A stretch of DNA of 29,241 nt, from NCBI GenBank assembly GCA_016928395.1, contig JAFGKV010000078.1:1-29241 (forward strand), read 5' to 3'. Source of the stretch: Candidatus Fermentibacterota bacterium (GTDB taxonomy: Bacteria > JAFGKV01). Shown one piece after another: positions 1 through 7,644 of the stretch; the stretch's first letter is position 1, and the number at the start of each line of letters is the position of its first letter. The notes under the pieces are model-generated. The model was not told the origin of the DNA. It saw only the letters and a program-made list of their open reading frames with translations, and ran no database searches. The translations under genes were made by a program, and so were the position numbers.

Positions 1-1236
1 GATGCGGCCAACGCGGCCACCAACGATGTCAGCAATGCCAACTTCACCATTACCGTGCCCAGCGCGTATGCGACCCTTCCGTACAGCACGGGCTTCGAAG
101 GCGGCACCTTTGACCAGTACTGGGTCAACGGCTCCACCACTGACGGCCGGATCCGCCTACTAACCACCAATACGCCGCACAGTGGATCATACCACATGTG
201 CATGGATGATGCCACCAGCGGCGGCTACTCCACGAACGTGGCGCGGCTGCGTCTGAACTTGAGCGGCTACAGCCAGGCGGAGCTGTCGTTCTGGTGGAAG
301 GACTTCGGCGACGAGACCCACACCAGCGACGGGATCTACTTCTCCGACAATGGCGGCAGCAGCTTCGTCAAGGTTCTCAACCTCAATGGCGGCTCGTACA
401 CGAACAATGTCTGGCGCCAGTTCGTCCTGGATGTCGATCAGTTGGCTGCCAGCGCCGGCCTGAGTTTGACGAGCACCTTCATGGTTAAGTTCCAGCAGTA
501 CGATGACTATCCCATGACCACCGACGGCATGGCCTTCGACGACATCAGTGTAACCGGGGACAGCGGCCCATCATACATCACGGTGGAGACCGAGCCGAAC
601 AACAGCTCGTCCGAGGCCAACGGCCCCCTTGGTTCCGGCATTGCGGTCTCCGGCGCCCTCTCGTCCAGCACCGATGACGACTGGTTCTACTTCGATGTAA
701 CCACAGCGGGCACCGTCAATATCTCCCTCTCCATCGGCTCCTCCGCCGATCTGGACTGGTTCCTGTACAACTCCAGCCTGACCGAGGTGGCCCGGGGCTA
801 CTCCACCTCGAATCCCGAGAATGGGAGCTACTCCGCCAGCGTTGGGCGTTACTACCTCCGGGTGGACGGGTATCTGGGTGTCACCAGCTCGTATACCTTG
901 ACCGTGACCGGCGGCGTCGGCGCGGCTCTGGCCTTCTCGCCGCCGAAACCCATGCCGTTGGCATTTGAGCTGTATCAAAATGCGCCCAATCCCCTCACCG
1001 ATGAGACTACCATCAGGTTCGATCTGCCGCAGAAGTCGATGGTACGTCTCTGTGTCTATGACATGACGGGGAGAGAGGTGGCCCGGATAGTAGATCGCAC
1101 CCTCGACGGGGGATGCCATGCGGTGTCGTGGGATCGAAGAGACTCCCATGGCATGCCCGTGGCCTCCGGCAGCTACCTGTTGCGGATCGTCGCAGGAGGT
1201 GAAGCCGCGACCCGTCGGATGATTGTCCTGCGCTGA
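1..1236 (+). CDS. Secreted multidomain protein, 5'-partial (reading frame open from base 1). Carries a MAM-like beta-sandwich (…FDDISV), a bacterial pre-peptidase C-terminal (PPC) domain and a T9SS/FlgD-Ig-like C-terminal sorting domain.
   Basis: Frame 1 is open from nt 1, so the gene starts upstream of the window. PPC hallmarks are present: DDDWFYFDV…DLDWFLY…GRYYLRVDGY…YTLTV. The C-terminus LYQNAPNPLTDETTIRFDLPQKSMVRLCVYDMTGREV…VSWDRRDSHGMPVASGSYLLRI matches the type-A T9SS sorting / FlgD-Ig consensus. Stop codon TGA at 1234-1236. Confidence 0.7.
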   Translation, partial: DAANAATNDVSNANFTITVPSAYATLPYSTGFEGGTFDQYWVNGSTTDGRIRLLTTNTPHSGSYHMCMDDATSGGYSTNVARLRLNLSGYSQAELSFWWKDFGDETHTSDGIYFSDNGGSSFVKVLNLNGGSYTNNVWRQFVLDVDQLAASAGLSLTSTFMVKFQQYDDYPMTTDGMAFDDISVTGDSGPSYITVETEPNNSSSEANGPLGSGIAVSGALSSSTDDDWFYFDVTTAGTVNISLSIGSSADLDWFLYNSSLTEVARGYSTSNPENGSYSASVGRYYLRVDGYLGVTSSYTLTVTGGVGAALAFSPPKPMPLAFELYQNAPNPLTDETTIRFDLPQKSMVRLCVYDMTGREVARIVDRTLDGGCHAVSWDRRDSHGMPVASGSYLLRIVAGGEAATRRMIVLR

Positions 1237-1246
1237 GCTTCCGTAC

Positions 1247-1281
1247 GCACGACCCCGGCTGAGTTCCAGCCGGGGTCGTGC
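1247..1281 (+). terminator. Perfect 15-bp GC-rich hairpin (gcacgaccccggctg / cagccggggtcgtgc, 5-nt loop) 11 nt after the stop of the upstream CDS. Likely an intrinsic terminator or RNA-stability hairpin.
   Basis: The inverted repeat was read directly from the sequence. It has no T-tract, which is common in high-GC genomes. Confidence 0.45.
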
Positions 1282-1332
1282 CTCTGTGGTCACCGCGACT
1301 ACTCTCGCCCATTGAAAACACCGCGGCCTCTC

Positions 1333-1361
1333 TTGACATTTGGCCTCTTGGGTCCTAAAAA
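1333..1361 (+). promoter_or_regulatory. Sigma70-like promoter candidate: TTGACA(1333-1338)-N17-TAAAAA(1356-1361), upstream of the MshEN-DnaA-like gene.
   Basis: Consensus -35 hexamer with 17-bp spacing to an A-rich -10. It would give a leader of about 65 nt to the GTG start at 1435, which is preceded by a GGGAGGGA Shine-Dalgarno motif. Confidence 0.35.
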
Positions 1362-1434
1362 CACCGCTGCGGTGGTCTAGTCGGTCTCGCCGCCGGTTCT
1401 CTTGTTCCCCAGTCGTGCACGGGAGGGATGGGTA

Positions 1435-2631
1435 GTGAAGCAGGAACGGAAACGCCTGGGAACGATGCTGGTGGAAGAGCAGATCATCACCGAGCATCAA
1501 CTCAAGGAAGCACTCCAGCATCAACATAGAACTGGCCAGATCCTCGGCAATGTCCTTGTGGAACTGGGTTTCGTCGAGGAGAGCGTCCTGCTTCCGCTGC
1601 TGGCACGACACTATGCACGTCTGCAGCCGACCCTTGCGGACTGCAAGATCAGCGCAGACATCATCAACCTGATTCCTGCCTCCATGGCCCATGAGTACCA
1701 GGCCATGCCCATCGGCGCCTCCTTCGATCAGGTGACCGTCGCCTTTTCCAACCCCATGAATGACCGCGCTGTGCAGTCCATCTCGGCGTATCTCCGCCGC
1801 AGGGTGAGGCCGGTCCTGTGCCCGCGGGATACGCTGAGCAGGGCCATCATCCTCCATTACGGTGCCGCGGCGGCTGCGGGATCCGTCGTCGCTGCCCCGG
1901 CACCGGTCTTCCCTCAGCCTCCCCCTACGCTGTCCTTCGAGACATTCGTGGTCGGGGATGCCAACAGAGCGATATTCCTTGCGGCCGAGGAGGCCGCGGA
2001 GTATCCCGGTACCACGCGAAACCCCCTGCTTATCTACGGTGAAGTCGGCCATGGCAAGACCCATCTGCTCTGTGCCATCGGCAACCGGGCCCTGGCCCGG
2101 GATCCCTCACGGTGCGTGGCGTGGCTTACCGCAACCGAAGTCGAACACGATCTGACGGAGGCCATTGAGACCAAGTCAGTGGATGGCTTTCACACACGAT
2201 ACCAGCGTGCGGATTTCCTCCTGCTTGATGACATACAGTTCCTTGCCCGCCACCGGGGCGTTCAGCAAGAGTTCGCCAAGCTGTTCCGCCTTCTCTGTGC
2301 CCAGGGCAAGCAGGTCGCGGCAACGAGTGACCGACCTCTGGAGGAGATCGAGGTGCTGCTCGACGAGGTGCGTTCACAATTCTCCACGGGAGCCGCGGTG
2401 TATGTCGGTACCGCCAGTGTTGCTCTGAAGACGGCAATCCTGATGGCAAAGCAGAAACGATCCGAGACCAGGCTACCCGACGCATTGATCGCCGAACTTG
2501 CCCAGGAACTTCCCGACGATATCCGCTATCTGGAGGGCACCCTCCGTAATCTCTCCCTGCGCATAGCCATCAGCGGCGAGACACCCACCATCGAGACGAT
2601 CCGCAAGCACCTGGCGATCATGCGGGCCTGA
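1435..2631 (+). CDS. Fusion protein: N-terminal MshEN/T2SSE_N-type (c-di-GMP-receptor-like) domain, Ala/Pro linker, then a DnaA domain-III AAA+ module. It is Hda-like and has no domain IV.
   Basis: Two tandem 24-residue MshEN-type motifs: RLGTMLVEEQIITEHQLKEALQHQ and ILGNVLVELGFVEESVLLPLLARH. DnaA signatures: FETFVVGDANRAIF…NPLLIYGEVGHGKTHLLCAIGN (Walker A), LLLDDIQFLARHRGVQQEF…GKQVAATSDRPLEEI (Walker B / box VII region) and a sensor-II-like RYLEGTLRNL. The ORF ends where DnaA domain IV would begin. The ORF track starts at TTG 1402. I prefer GTG 1435, which has a GGGAGGGA RBS 6 nt upstream. Confidence 0.75.
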   Translation: MKQERKRLGTMLVEEQIITEHQLKEALQHQHRTGQILGNVLVELGFVEESVLLPLLARHYARLQPTLADCKISADIINLIPASMAHEYQAMPIGASFDQVTVAFSNPMNDRAVQSISAYLRRRVRPVLCPRDTLSRAIILHYGAAAAAGSVVAAPAPVFPQPPPTLSFETFVVGDANRAIFLAAEEAAEYPGTTRNPLLIYGEVGHGKTHLLCAIGNRALARDPSRCVAWLTATEVEHDLTEAIETKSVDGFHTRYQRADFLLLDDIQFLARHRGVQQEFAKLFRLLCAQGKQVAATSDRPLEEIEVLLDEVRSQFSTGAAVYVGTASVALKTAILMAKQKRSETRLPDALIAELAQELPDDIRYLEGTLRNLSLRIAISGETPTIETIRKHLAIMRA

Positions 2632-2671
2632 CCGGTAGCGCGTGACTCAATCAGGAGAAAGGAGCGGGGTC

Positions 2672-4573
2672 ATGACTCATACCCATGCCGACGAGCCCTT
2701 TGTGCCTGCCCATGTCCAAATCCCTGAAATCAGTGCGGCCGCAGTGCTGCTCGGTATTGCGCTTTCGGTCGTCATGGGTGCGGCCAACGCCTATCTGGGA
2801 TTGTATGCCGGCATGACTGTCAGTGCCTCAATTCCTGCCGCAGTAATCAGTATGGCCATACTACGCGGAGTGTTCCGTAGAGGCACTATCCTGGAGAACA
2901 ACATAGTCCAGACCATGGCATCCACGGGCGAGAGCCTGGCGGCGGGCATCGTGTTCACGGTGCCCGCGTTGGTTCTGGTTGGTGCCTGGCAGGACTTCAG
3001 GTTCATCCCCACGACGCTCATCGCATTGCTGGGAGGGTTGCTGGGGATCGTCTTCATGGTGCCCATGCGCCGCGCCCTCATCGTGGAACGCCGTGACCTC
3101 ACCTACCCTGAGGGCCTTGCCTGCGCGGAAGTACTGGTCACAGGGGAGCGCGGCGGCTCCGGCGTGCTCGCGATCGGGCTTGGCATGATCACCGGGACGG
3201 TGTTCAAGATCCTTGTCAGTGGAGTCAGACTGGTCAAGGAGACCGTGGAATCGGCCACCGCTGCCGCGGGCCGAGCCTTGTATATTGGGGCCGATATGAG
3301 CCCTGCCTTGATGGCGGTCGGCTATATCGTAAACCTGCAGGTAGCCGCCCTTATCACCCTCGGCGGGGTCATCGCATGGTGGATCGTCTTGCCGCTCTTG
3401 GGTGGGGTGCCCGCCGGGTCTTCACCGCTGGAAGCAGCGGGGAGTCTGTGGAGCAGCCATATCCGTTTCGTGGGCGTCGGCGCCATGGTGGTGGGGGGCG
3501 TGAGTTCCATCTGGAACGTACGGCAAGGCCTGATCGCGGGGATCACGGGTCTGCGTCGCCCGCGGCCCATTACAGCCGGGGATTCCGCCATTCTGAGAAC
3601 CGAGCAGAATATCCCCCTCTTGGCCCTCATGGCGATCTTCGGCCTGTCCACCGTGGGGACATTCCTGTTCTACGATGCGGTACTCGCCCAGGTCCATCTC
3701 GCGGCAATCATGACCATCATCATGGTTGTCGTTGCATTCCTGTTCGTGGCGGTCGCCACCTACATCGCCGGGCTCGTGGGTTCCTCCAACTCGCCAGTAT
3801 CCGGCATGACCATTTGCGCATTGCTCGTCGCATCCGGCGTGCTGCTGGCCATGGGCATACGGGGTGAGTCCGCCATCCTGGCCAGCTTGTCCGTGGCCGG
3901 CGTGGTCTGCTGTGCCACCTGCACCGCGGGCGATATCGCACAGGACTTGAAGACCGGAGTTCTGGTGGGCGCCACACCGGCAAAGCAGCAGTGGATGGAG
4001 ATGGTCGGCGCGGTCATCCCCGCCTTCTTCTTCGCTCCCGCCCTGTCTCTCCTGCACCACGCCTACGGCATCGGCACCGGCGCTCCGGGCAGTCTCCGGG
4101 CGCCTCAGGCGGTCCTGTTCGCCAGTCTGGTGCAAGGTTTTTTCGGCGACAAAGGCCTTCCGTGGGACATGCTGGGCATCGGAGTGGGAATCGGGGTGGG
4201 CCTCCTGCTGGTCAACTGGATCCTGGGCAGGGCCGGCAGCCCGTTCCGCGCCCACATCATGCCCGTTGCCGTGGGGATCTACCTACCCATGTCGCTGGAT
4301 GTGCCCATTCTGCTGGGAGGGCTCCTTCGCCACATTGTCGGCAAGACCCGCGCTCCTTCCCAGGCAGGGCATGACCGGGGAGTGCTCTTCGGTTCGGGTA
4401 TCATCGCCGGCGAGGCCATCATGGGCATCCTGCTGGCAATACCCATCTGCCTGAAGCCGGGTTTGCTGCCCGATCTTGGAGGCCGAGGCGGCCTCTCCCT
4501 CGCCTTGTTCGCTGCGGTGCTGGTGGGCTACTGGGTCATGGCGAAAGGCTCGAGGGAGCGTCCCGCGGCCTGA
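2672..4573 (+). CDS. OPT-family (oligopeptide transporter superfamily) integral membrane transporter.
   Basis: About 630 aa polytopic membrane protein. N-terminal region LGIALSVVMGAANAYLGLYAGMTVSASIPAAVISMAILRG…TMASTGESLAAGIVFTVPALVL is typical of bacterial OPT proteins. ATG 2672 is preceded by AAAGGAG. It lies 41 nt downstream of the previous gene on the same strand. Confidence 0.8.
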   Translation: MTHTHADEPFVPAHVQIPEISAAAVLLGIALSVVMGAANAYLGLYAGMTVSASIPAAVISMAILRGVFRRGTILENNIVQTMASTGESLAAGIVFTVPALVLVGAWQDFRFIPTTLIALLGGLLGIVFMVPMRRALIVERRDLTYPEGLACAEVLVTGERGGSGVLAIGLGMITGTVFKILVSGVRLVKETVESATAAAGRALYIGADMSPALMAVGYIVNLQVAALITLGGVIAWWIVLPLLGGVPAGSSPLEAAGSLWSSHIRFVGVGAMVVGGVSSIWNVRQGLIAGITGLRRPRPITAGDSAILRTEQNIPLLALMAIFGLSTVGTFLFYDAVLAQVHLAAIMTIIMVVVAFLFVAVATYIAGLVGSSNSPVSGMTICALLVASGVLLAMGIRGESAILASLSVAGVVCCATCTAGDIAQDLKTGVLVGATPAKQQWMEMVGAVIPAFFFAPALSLLHHAYGIGTGAPGSLRAPQAVLFASLVQGFFGDKGLPWDMLGIGVGIGVGLLLVNWILGRAGSPFRAHIMPVAVGIYLPMSLDVPILLGGLLRHIVGKTRAPSQAGHDRGVLFGSGIIAGEAIMGILLAIPICLKPGLLPDLGGRGGLSLALFAAVLVGYWVMAKGSRERPAA

Positions 4574-4808
4574 TGCTGCGCAGGCCTTTCTGTCGGAACC
4601 CAGCGAAACCGGTCACGCGTCATAAGGGTCAGCATGGTCACTGGCCTGGGGCGTGACACGACCGCTCAGGAGAGAGGGTTGTGGAGGGAGTACCGCGTGC
4701 ATCATCGCAGTTCCTCACAGCAGTGGACACGTCTCTGGAGTCTGTCCGTGATACCGTTGATGACGGCGGGGCCCCTCACGGCGTAGGGGTGGCGCACCGG
4801 GCGACCTT

Positions 4809-4867
4809 CCCGGCCCCTCATAGCCTTTGATTCTGAGCGCATTCGAGGGGCCGGGTATCAAGGCTAT
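4809..4867. other. GC-rich structured element in a 570-bp convergent intergenic region. An 11-bp perfect stem (cccggcccctc 4809-4819 / gaggggccggg 4845-4855) has a loop segment atagcctt (4820-4827) that can pair with aaggctat (4860-4867), giving an H-type pseudoknot topology.
   Basis: Complementarity was read directly from the sequence. There is also a direct repeat ggcccctca at about 4770 and 4812. No coding signal is evident. Confidence 0.25.
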
Positions 4868-5145
4868 CATGGCCGCAACGGGTAGCGGTCTCAACTGTCT
4901 CTGAAGCCCAAGGAAGGAAAGACCCATCCTGACTCGCCCGTGCCTGAGAGTTCGTGCAGCGATCGAGGTGACGGTGCCCGCGACACCTGCGGGAGCGGAG
5001 GATGCGGGAGCGTGCTGTGCGAATCGGATTCTTTGATCTGTCAGGAAGAGAGGGCCAGAGCCTCGGCGAACAAATACTCCGCCCCGGGCAGCGCGCAGTG
5101 GGTGAGCCTCATCGAGATCGAGACCACCCAGCGAGCATGCTCCTC

Positions 5146-5562
5146 TTACCGCAGGAGCACCTTGAAAGTCGCCGCGCCCTCCTCGGCACAGAGGAGTTCC
5201 AACGGGCGGACCTCACCCGGGGAGACGAACACCTGTGTCCAATCTACGGTAGCGTCCAGGAGAGAACCCGACGGATCGAAGAATCGGGCCTTGACCTCGA
5301 TCATCTCTTGGGACCGCCCACCGTTGCGAATCCAGACCGTGAGATTCATCCGACCATACGCATTGAGGGCATGTTGGATCTTGGGCACCTCGATCCCCGG
5401 GTGCTGAACGGTCATGACGATCTCGAAGGATGGATCCGCACTCTCCACTCTCACCACTGGAATAGAAGCCGATCCGCCGTCCCAGGTTCGGGTGGCCGAC
5501 GACCCTCGCATGCCCGCGCAGGCGAGGAGACACAGCAGTGCAATGCACGTTGTCCTACCCAT
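5146..5562 (-). CDS. Small lipoprotein (139 aa, lipobox LLAC), last gene of the wzm-wzt unit.
   Basis: Signal peptide MGRTTCIALLCLLAC^AG. A strong AGGAGG lies 6 nt upstream of ATG at 5562. The start overlaps the 3' end of wzt by 8 nt. The ORF-track start at 5631 would lack a signal peptide and overlap wzt more deeply. Confidence 0.6.
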   Translation of the reverse strand: MGRTTCIALLCLLACAGMRGSSATRTWDGGSASIPVVRVESADPSFEIVMTVQHPGIEVPKIQHALNAYGRMNLTVWIRNGGRSQEMIEVKARFFDPSGSLLDATVDWTQVFVSPGEVRPLELLCAEEGAATFKVLLR

Positions 5563-6802
5563 GGGATACCTCCTGCTCTCTGTCAGACGGGGAGAATGAT
5601 TCCTCGTGGCGGTGAAACCAGCTTCCGGCAAGATTCACTACCCCTTCCTTCTCGCGAGTACCTTCCTTGCCCACTCTGAACCGGTACATGGTGTCATGGT
5701 GATCGTAGGGATGCCGGATGCTCTGGTCATATACAGCCGCCGACAGAAAATAGACCCCGGGAAGCAAAGGAAGCCGGTCGACGTGGAACTCGACCGACCC
5801 CGGGCCGGCAACCCTCCCAATATTCAACCCACCCGTGGCCGTATTGGGTCCCGACACGTGTACCCCGTCAAGGCGATGGATGCCAATGCCAAACACCGGA
5901 TGATCAATGGGAACATGGGCGCGATACTCGATTCTCACCGTGAACGGTTTCCCGGTGAGCGGCAGATCCTCCTCGCCACCTTCGCCGTGAATCGCCACGC
6001 CTTGAATCTCGATTTCGCGGCTGCCCCATCTCGTGCCGTGTTCGTCTGGATTCGATACCGTCTGCGATTTGTCAGCAGACGCCATATAGGCATTCACCAC
6101 TGACTCCGCCTTGCCGGAGGCCGCAATGGCACCATGTTCCAGCCAGATGGCGCTATGGCACGTTTGTCGTACCTGCGCCATGTCGTGGGTCACCAGAACC
6201 ACGCATTTCCCCGCGGCCCGTAGTGCGTCGATCTTCTCCAGGCACCGCCGCTGAAACTCTTCATCGCCCACCGCCAGAACCTCATCCACCAGAAGCACCT
6301 CGGGATCTAGGTGGATGGCAATGGAGAACCCCAGGCGCATGAGCATGCCCGACGAGTAGTACTTCAGAGGGCTGTCTATGAACTCACGGACTCCCGAGAA
6401 CGCAACGATCGCGTCGCGCTTTTGGGCAACTTCGGATGGCCCCATTCCTAACAATGCCCCATTTAAGTCAATGTTCTCCAAGCCAGTGAGTTCAGGGTGA
6501 AAACCGGCCGCCAGGTCCAGTAGCGCACCAACCCGTCCCTGGGTCTGAATCGACCCATTGGTGGGCTCCATCACGCCCGCGATGAGACGCAGGAGCGTGC
6601 TCTTCCCCGACCCGTTTGAGCCAAGCACTCCGAAGACTTCTCCTGCATGAACACGGAACGAAACATCCCGCAGCGCCCAGAGTTCATCGACTGTGCCTCC
6701 CCGCCACCTGGTCCGGATGAAGCGTTCCCGCAAACTGGTAGGCCGGTGATGCTCCAACGCGAAACGCTTGGCCACACGGTCTACCACCACGGGGGCCGTC
6801 AT
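5555..6802 (-). CDS. wzt: Polysaccharide ABC exporter ATP-binding protein Wzt, with a C-terminal carbohydrate-binding (Wzt_C-like) domain.
   Basis: Walker A GSNGSGKST, ABC signature YSSGMLMRLGF, Walker B LLVDEVLAVGD and an H-loop VTHDM. A C-terminal beta-rich extension of about 160 aa follows. The ATG overlaps the wzm stop in a tcat/ATGA arrangement at 6799-6802. Confidence 0.85.
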   Translation of the reverse strand: MTAPVVVDRVAKRFALEHHRPTSLRERFIRTRWRGGTVDELWALRDVSFRVHAGEVFGVLGSNGSGKSTLLRLIAGVMEPTNGSIQTQGRVGALLDLAAGFHPELTGLENIDLNGALLGMGPSEVAQKRDAIVAFSGVREFIDSPLKYYSSGMLMRLGFSIAIHLDPEVLLVDEVLAVGDEEFQRRCLEKIDALRAAGKCVVLVTHDMAQVRQTCHSAIWLEHGAIAASGKAESVVNAYMASADKSQTVSNPDEHGTRWGSREIEIQGVAIHGEGGEEDLPLTGKPFTVRIEYRAHVPIDHPVFGIGIHRLDGVHVSGPNTATGGLNIGRVAGPGSVEFHVDRLPLLPGVYFLSAAVYDQSIRHPYDHHDTMYRFRVGKEGTREKEGVVNLAGSWFHRHEESFSPSDREQEVSHG

Positions 6803-7644
6803 AGTTCCTCAAGAAAGAAACGTTGGCGCCAACTGAAGAATCCCCATCCCGCCAGCAGGACAAGACCGGAGAGGGCACAGGCGACCACGCCCCACAGACG
6901 CAGGTCAATGGCTGGAGTGGGAATGTTCATAAGCGCCGAACGATAGACCATCATCAGGGTTGCCATCGGATTCAGGAAGTAGGCGGCTGCCAACGCCCGT
7001 GGAGCGGTATCCAGAATCATGTGGGGTGCGTAGAACACCGGGCAAAGGTAGAACCAGCCGAACAGCACTACTTCCAGAATCACACCGACGTCGCGGGCGT
7101 AGACGTTGGCTGCTGCCACGAACATGGCCAGTCCTGCCAGTAGTGCCACCTGGCAGACTATGGCGCCTGGCAACATGAGGAGGCGAATGCCCGGGGCGAT
7201 GCCTGAGAAGGCGAGGTACCCCAAGAGGGGGATCAGAGCCAGCACGAAGTTGACGCCATTAGAGAGCACTACGGCCAGGGGGAGCACCTCCCGGGGAAAA
7301 GCAACCTTGTGCATCAGGCTGGCAGCATCCACCACGGATCGGACCGACGTCGAAAGACTCGTCGCCACGAATAGCCAAGGAAGATACCCGCAGAGGATAT
7401 AGGCTGGATAGTGGGGAATGCCCTCATTGAACCTGCCCACATAGCTGAACACGACTGCCAGTACCATCATCATCAGAAACGGGTGCAACAGAGACCAGAC
7501 AACACCGAGCACGCTATTCTTGTACCTAGCCTTGAGATCTCGCCGGGCAAGCTGAATCAGAAGATGCCTATAGAGCCAGATCCGAGGCACAGGAAATCCG
7601 CGGTCCGTGCCACCGCTCGGCGAGGGCACACTCACGGGGACCAC
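6799..7644 (-). CDS. wzm: ABC-2 type polysaccharide exporter permease Wzm.
   Basis: N-terminal LIQLARRDLKARYKNSVLGVVWSLLHPFLMMMVLAVVF is the canonical Wzm/KpsM/TagG motif. The rest shows a six-TM hydropathy pattern. Confidence 0.8.
   Translation of the reverse strand: MVPVSVPSPSGGTDRGFPVPRIWLYRHLLIQLARRDLKARYKNSVLGVVWSLLHPFLMMMVLAVVFSYVGRFNEGIPHYPAYILCGYLPWLFVATSLSTSVRSVVDAASLMHKVAFPREVLPLAVVLSNGVNFVLALIPLLGYLAFSGIAPGIRLLMLPGAIVCQVALLAGLAMFVAAANVYARDVGVILEVVLFGWFYLCPVFYAPHMILDTAPRALAAAYFLNPMATLMMVYRSALMNIPTPAIDLRLWGVVACALSGLVLLAGWGFFSWRQRFFLEEL

Noticed and set aside
571-2064. 497-aa minus-strand ORF spanning the C-terminus of gene 1, the terminator/promoter region and half of the DnaA-like gene.
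   Set aside because: Arg/Gly-rich low-complexity translation. It is antisense to two well-supported genes and crosses an obvious intergenic hairpin. This is a typical high-GC antisense artefact.
3422-4255. 277-aa minus-strand ORF inside the OPT transporter gene.
   Set aside because: Antisense to a transporter with clear TM periodicity. The composition (H/G/D/R-rich) is not protein-like.
4908-4925. SRP-RNA-like GGAAGGAAAG tract.
   Set aside because: Only a short purine-run resemblance to 4.5S RNA domain IV. The flanking GGUGCUGUU/helix-8 elements are absent.
4715-4927. 70-aa minus-strand ORF in the convergent intergenic gap.
   Set aside because: Weak RBS and Pro/Arg/Gly-rich low-complexity sequence. 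It overlaps the hairpin cluster and is more likely non-coding.
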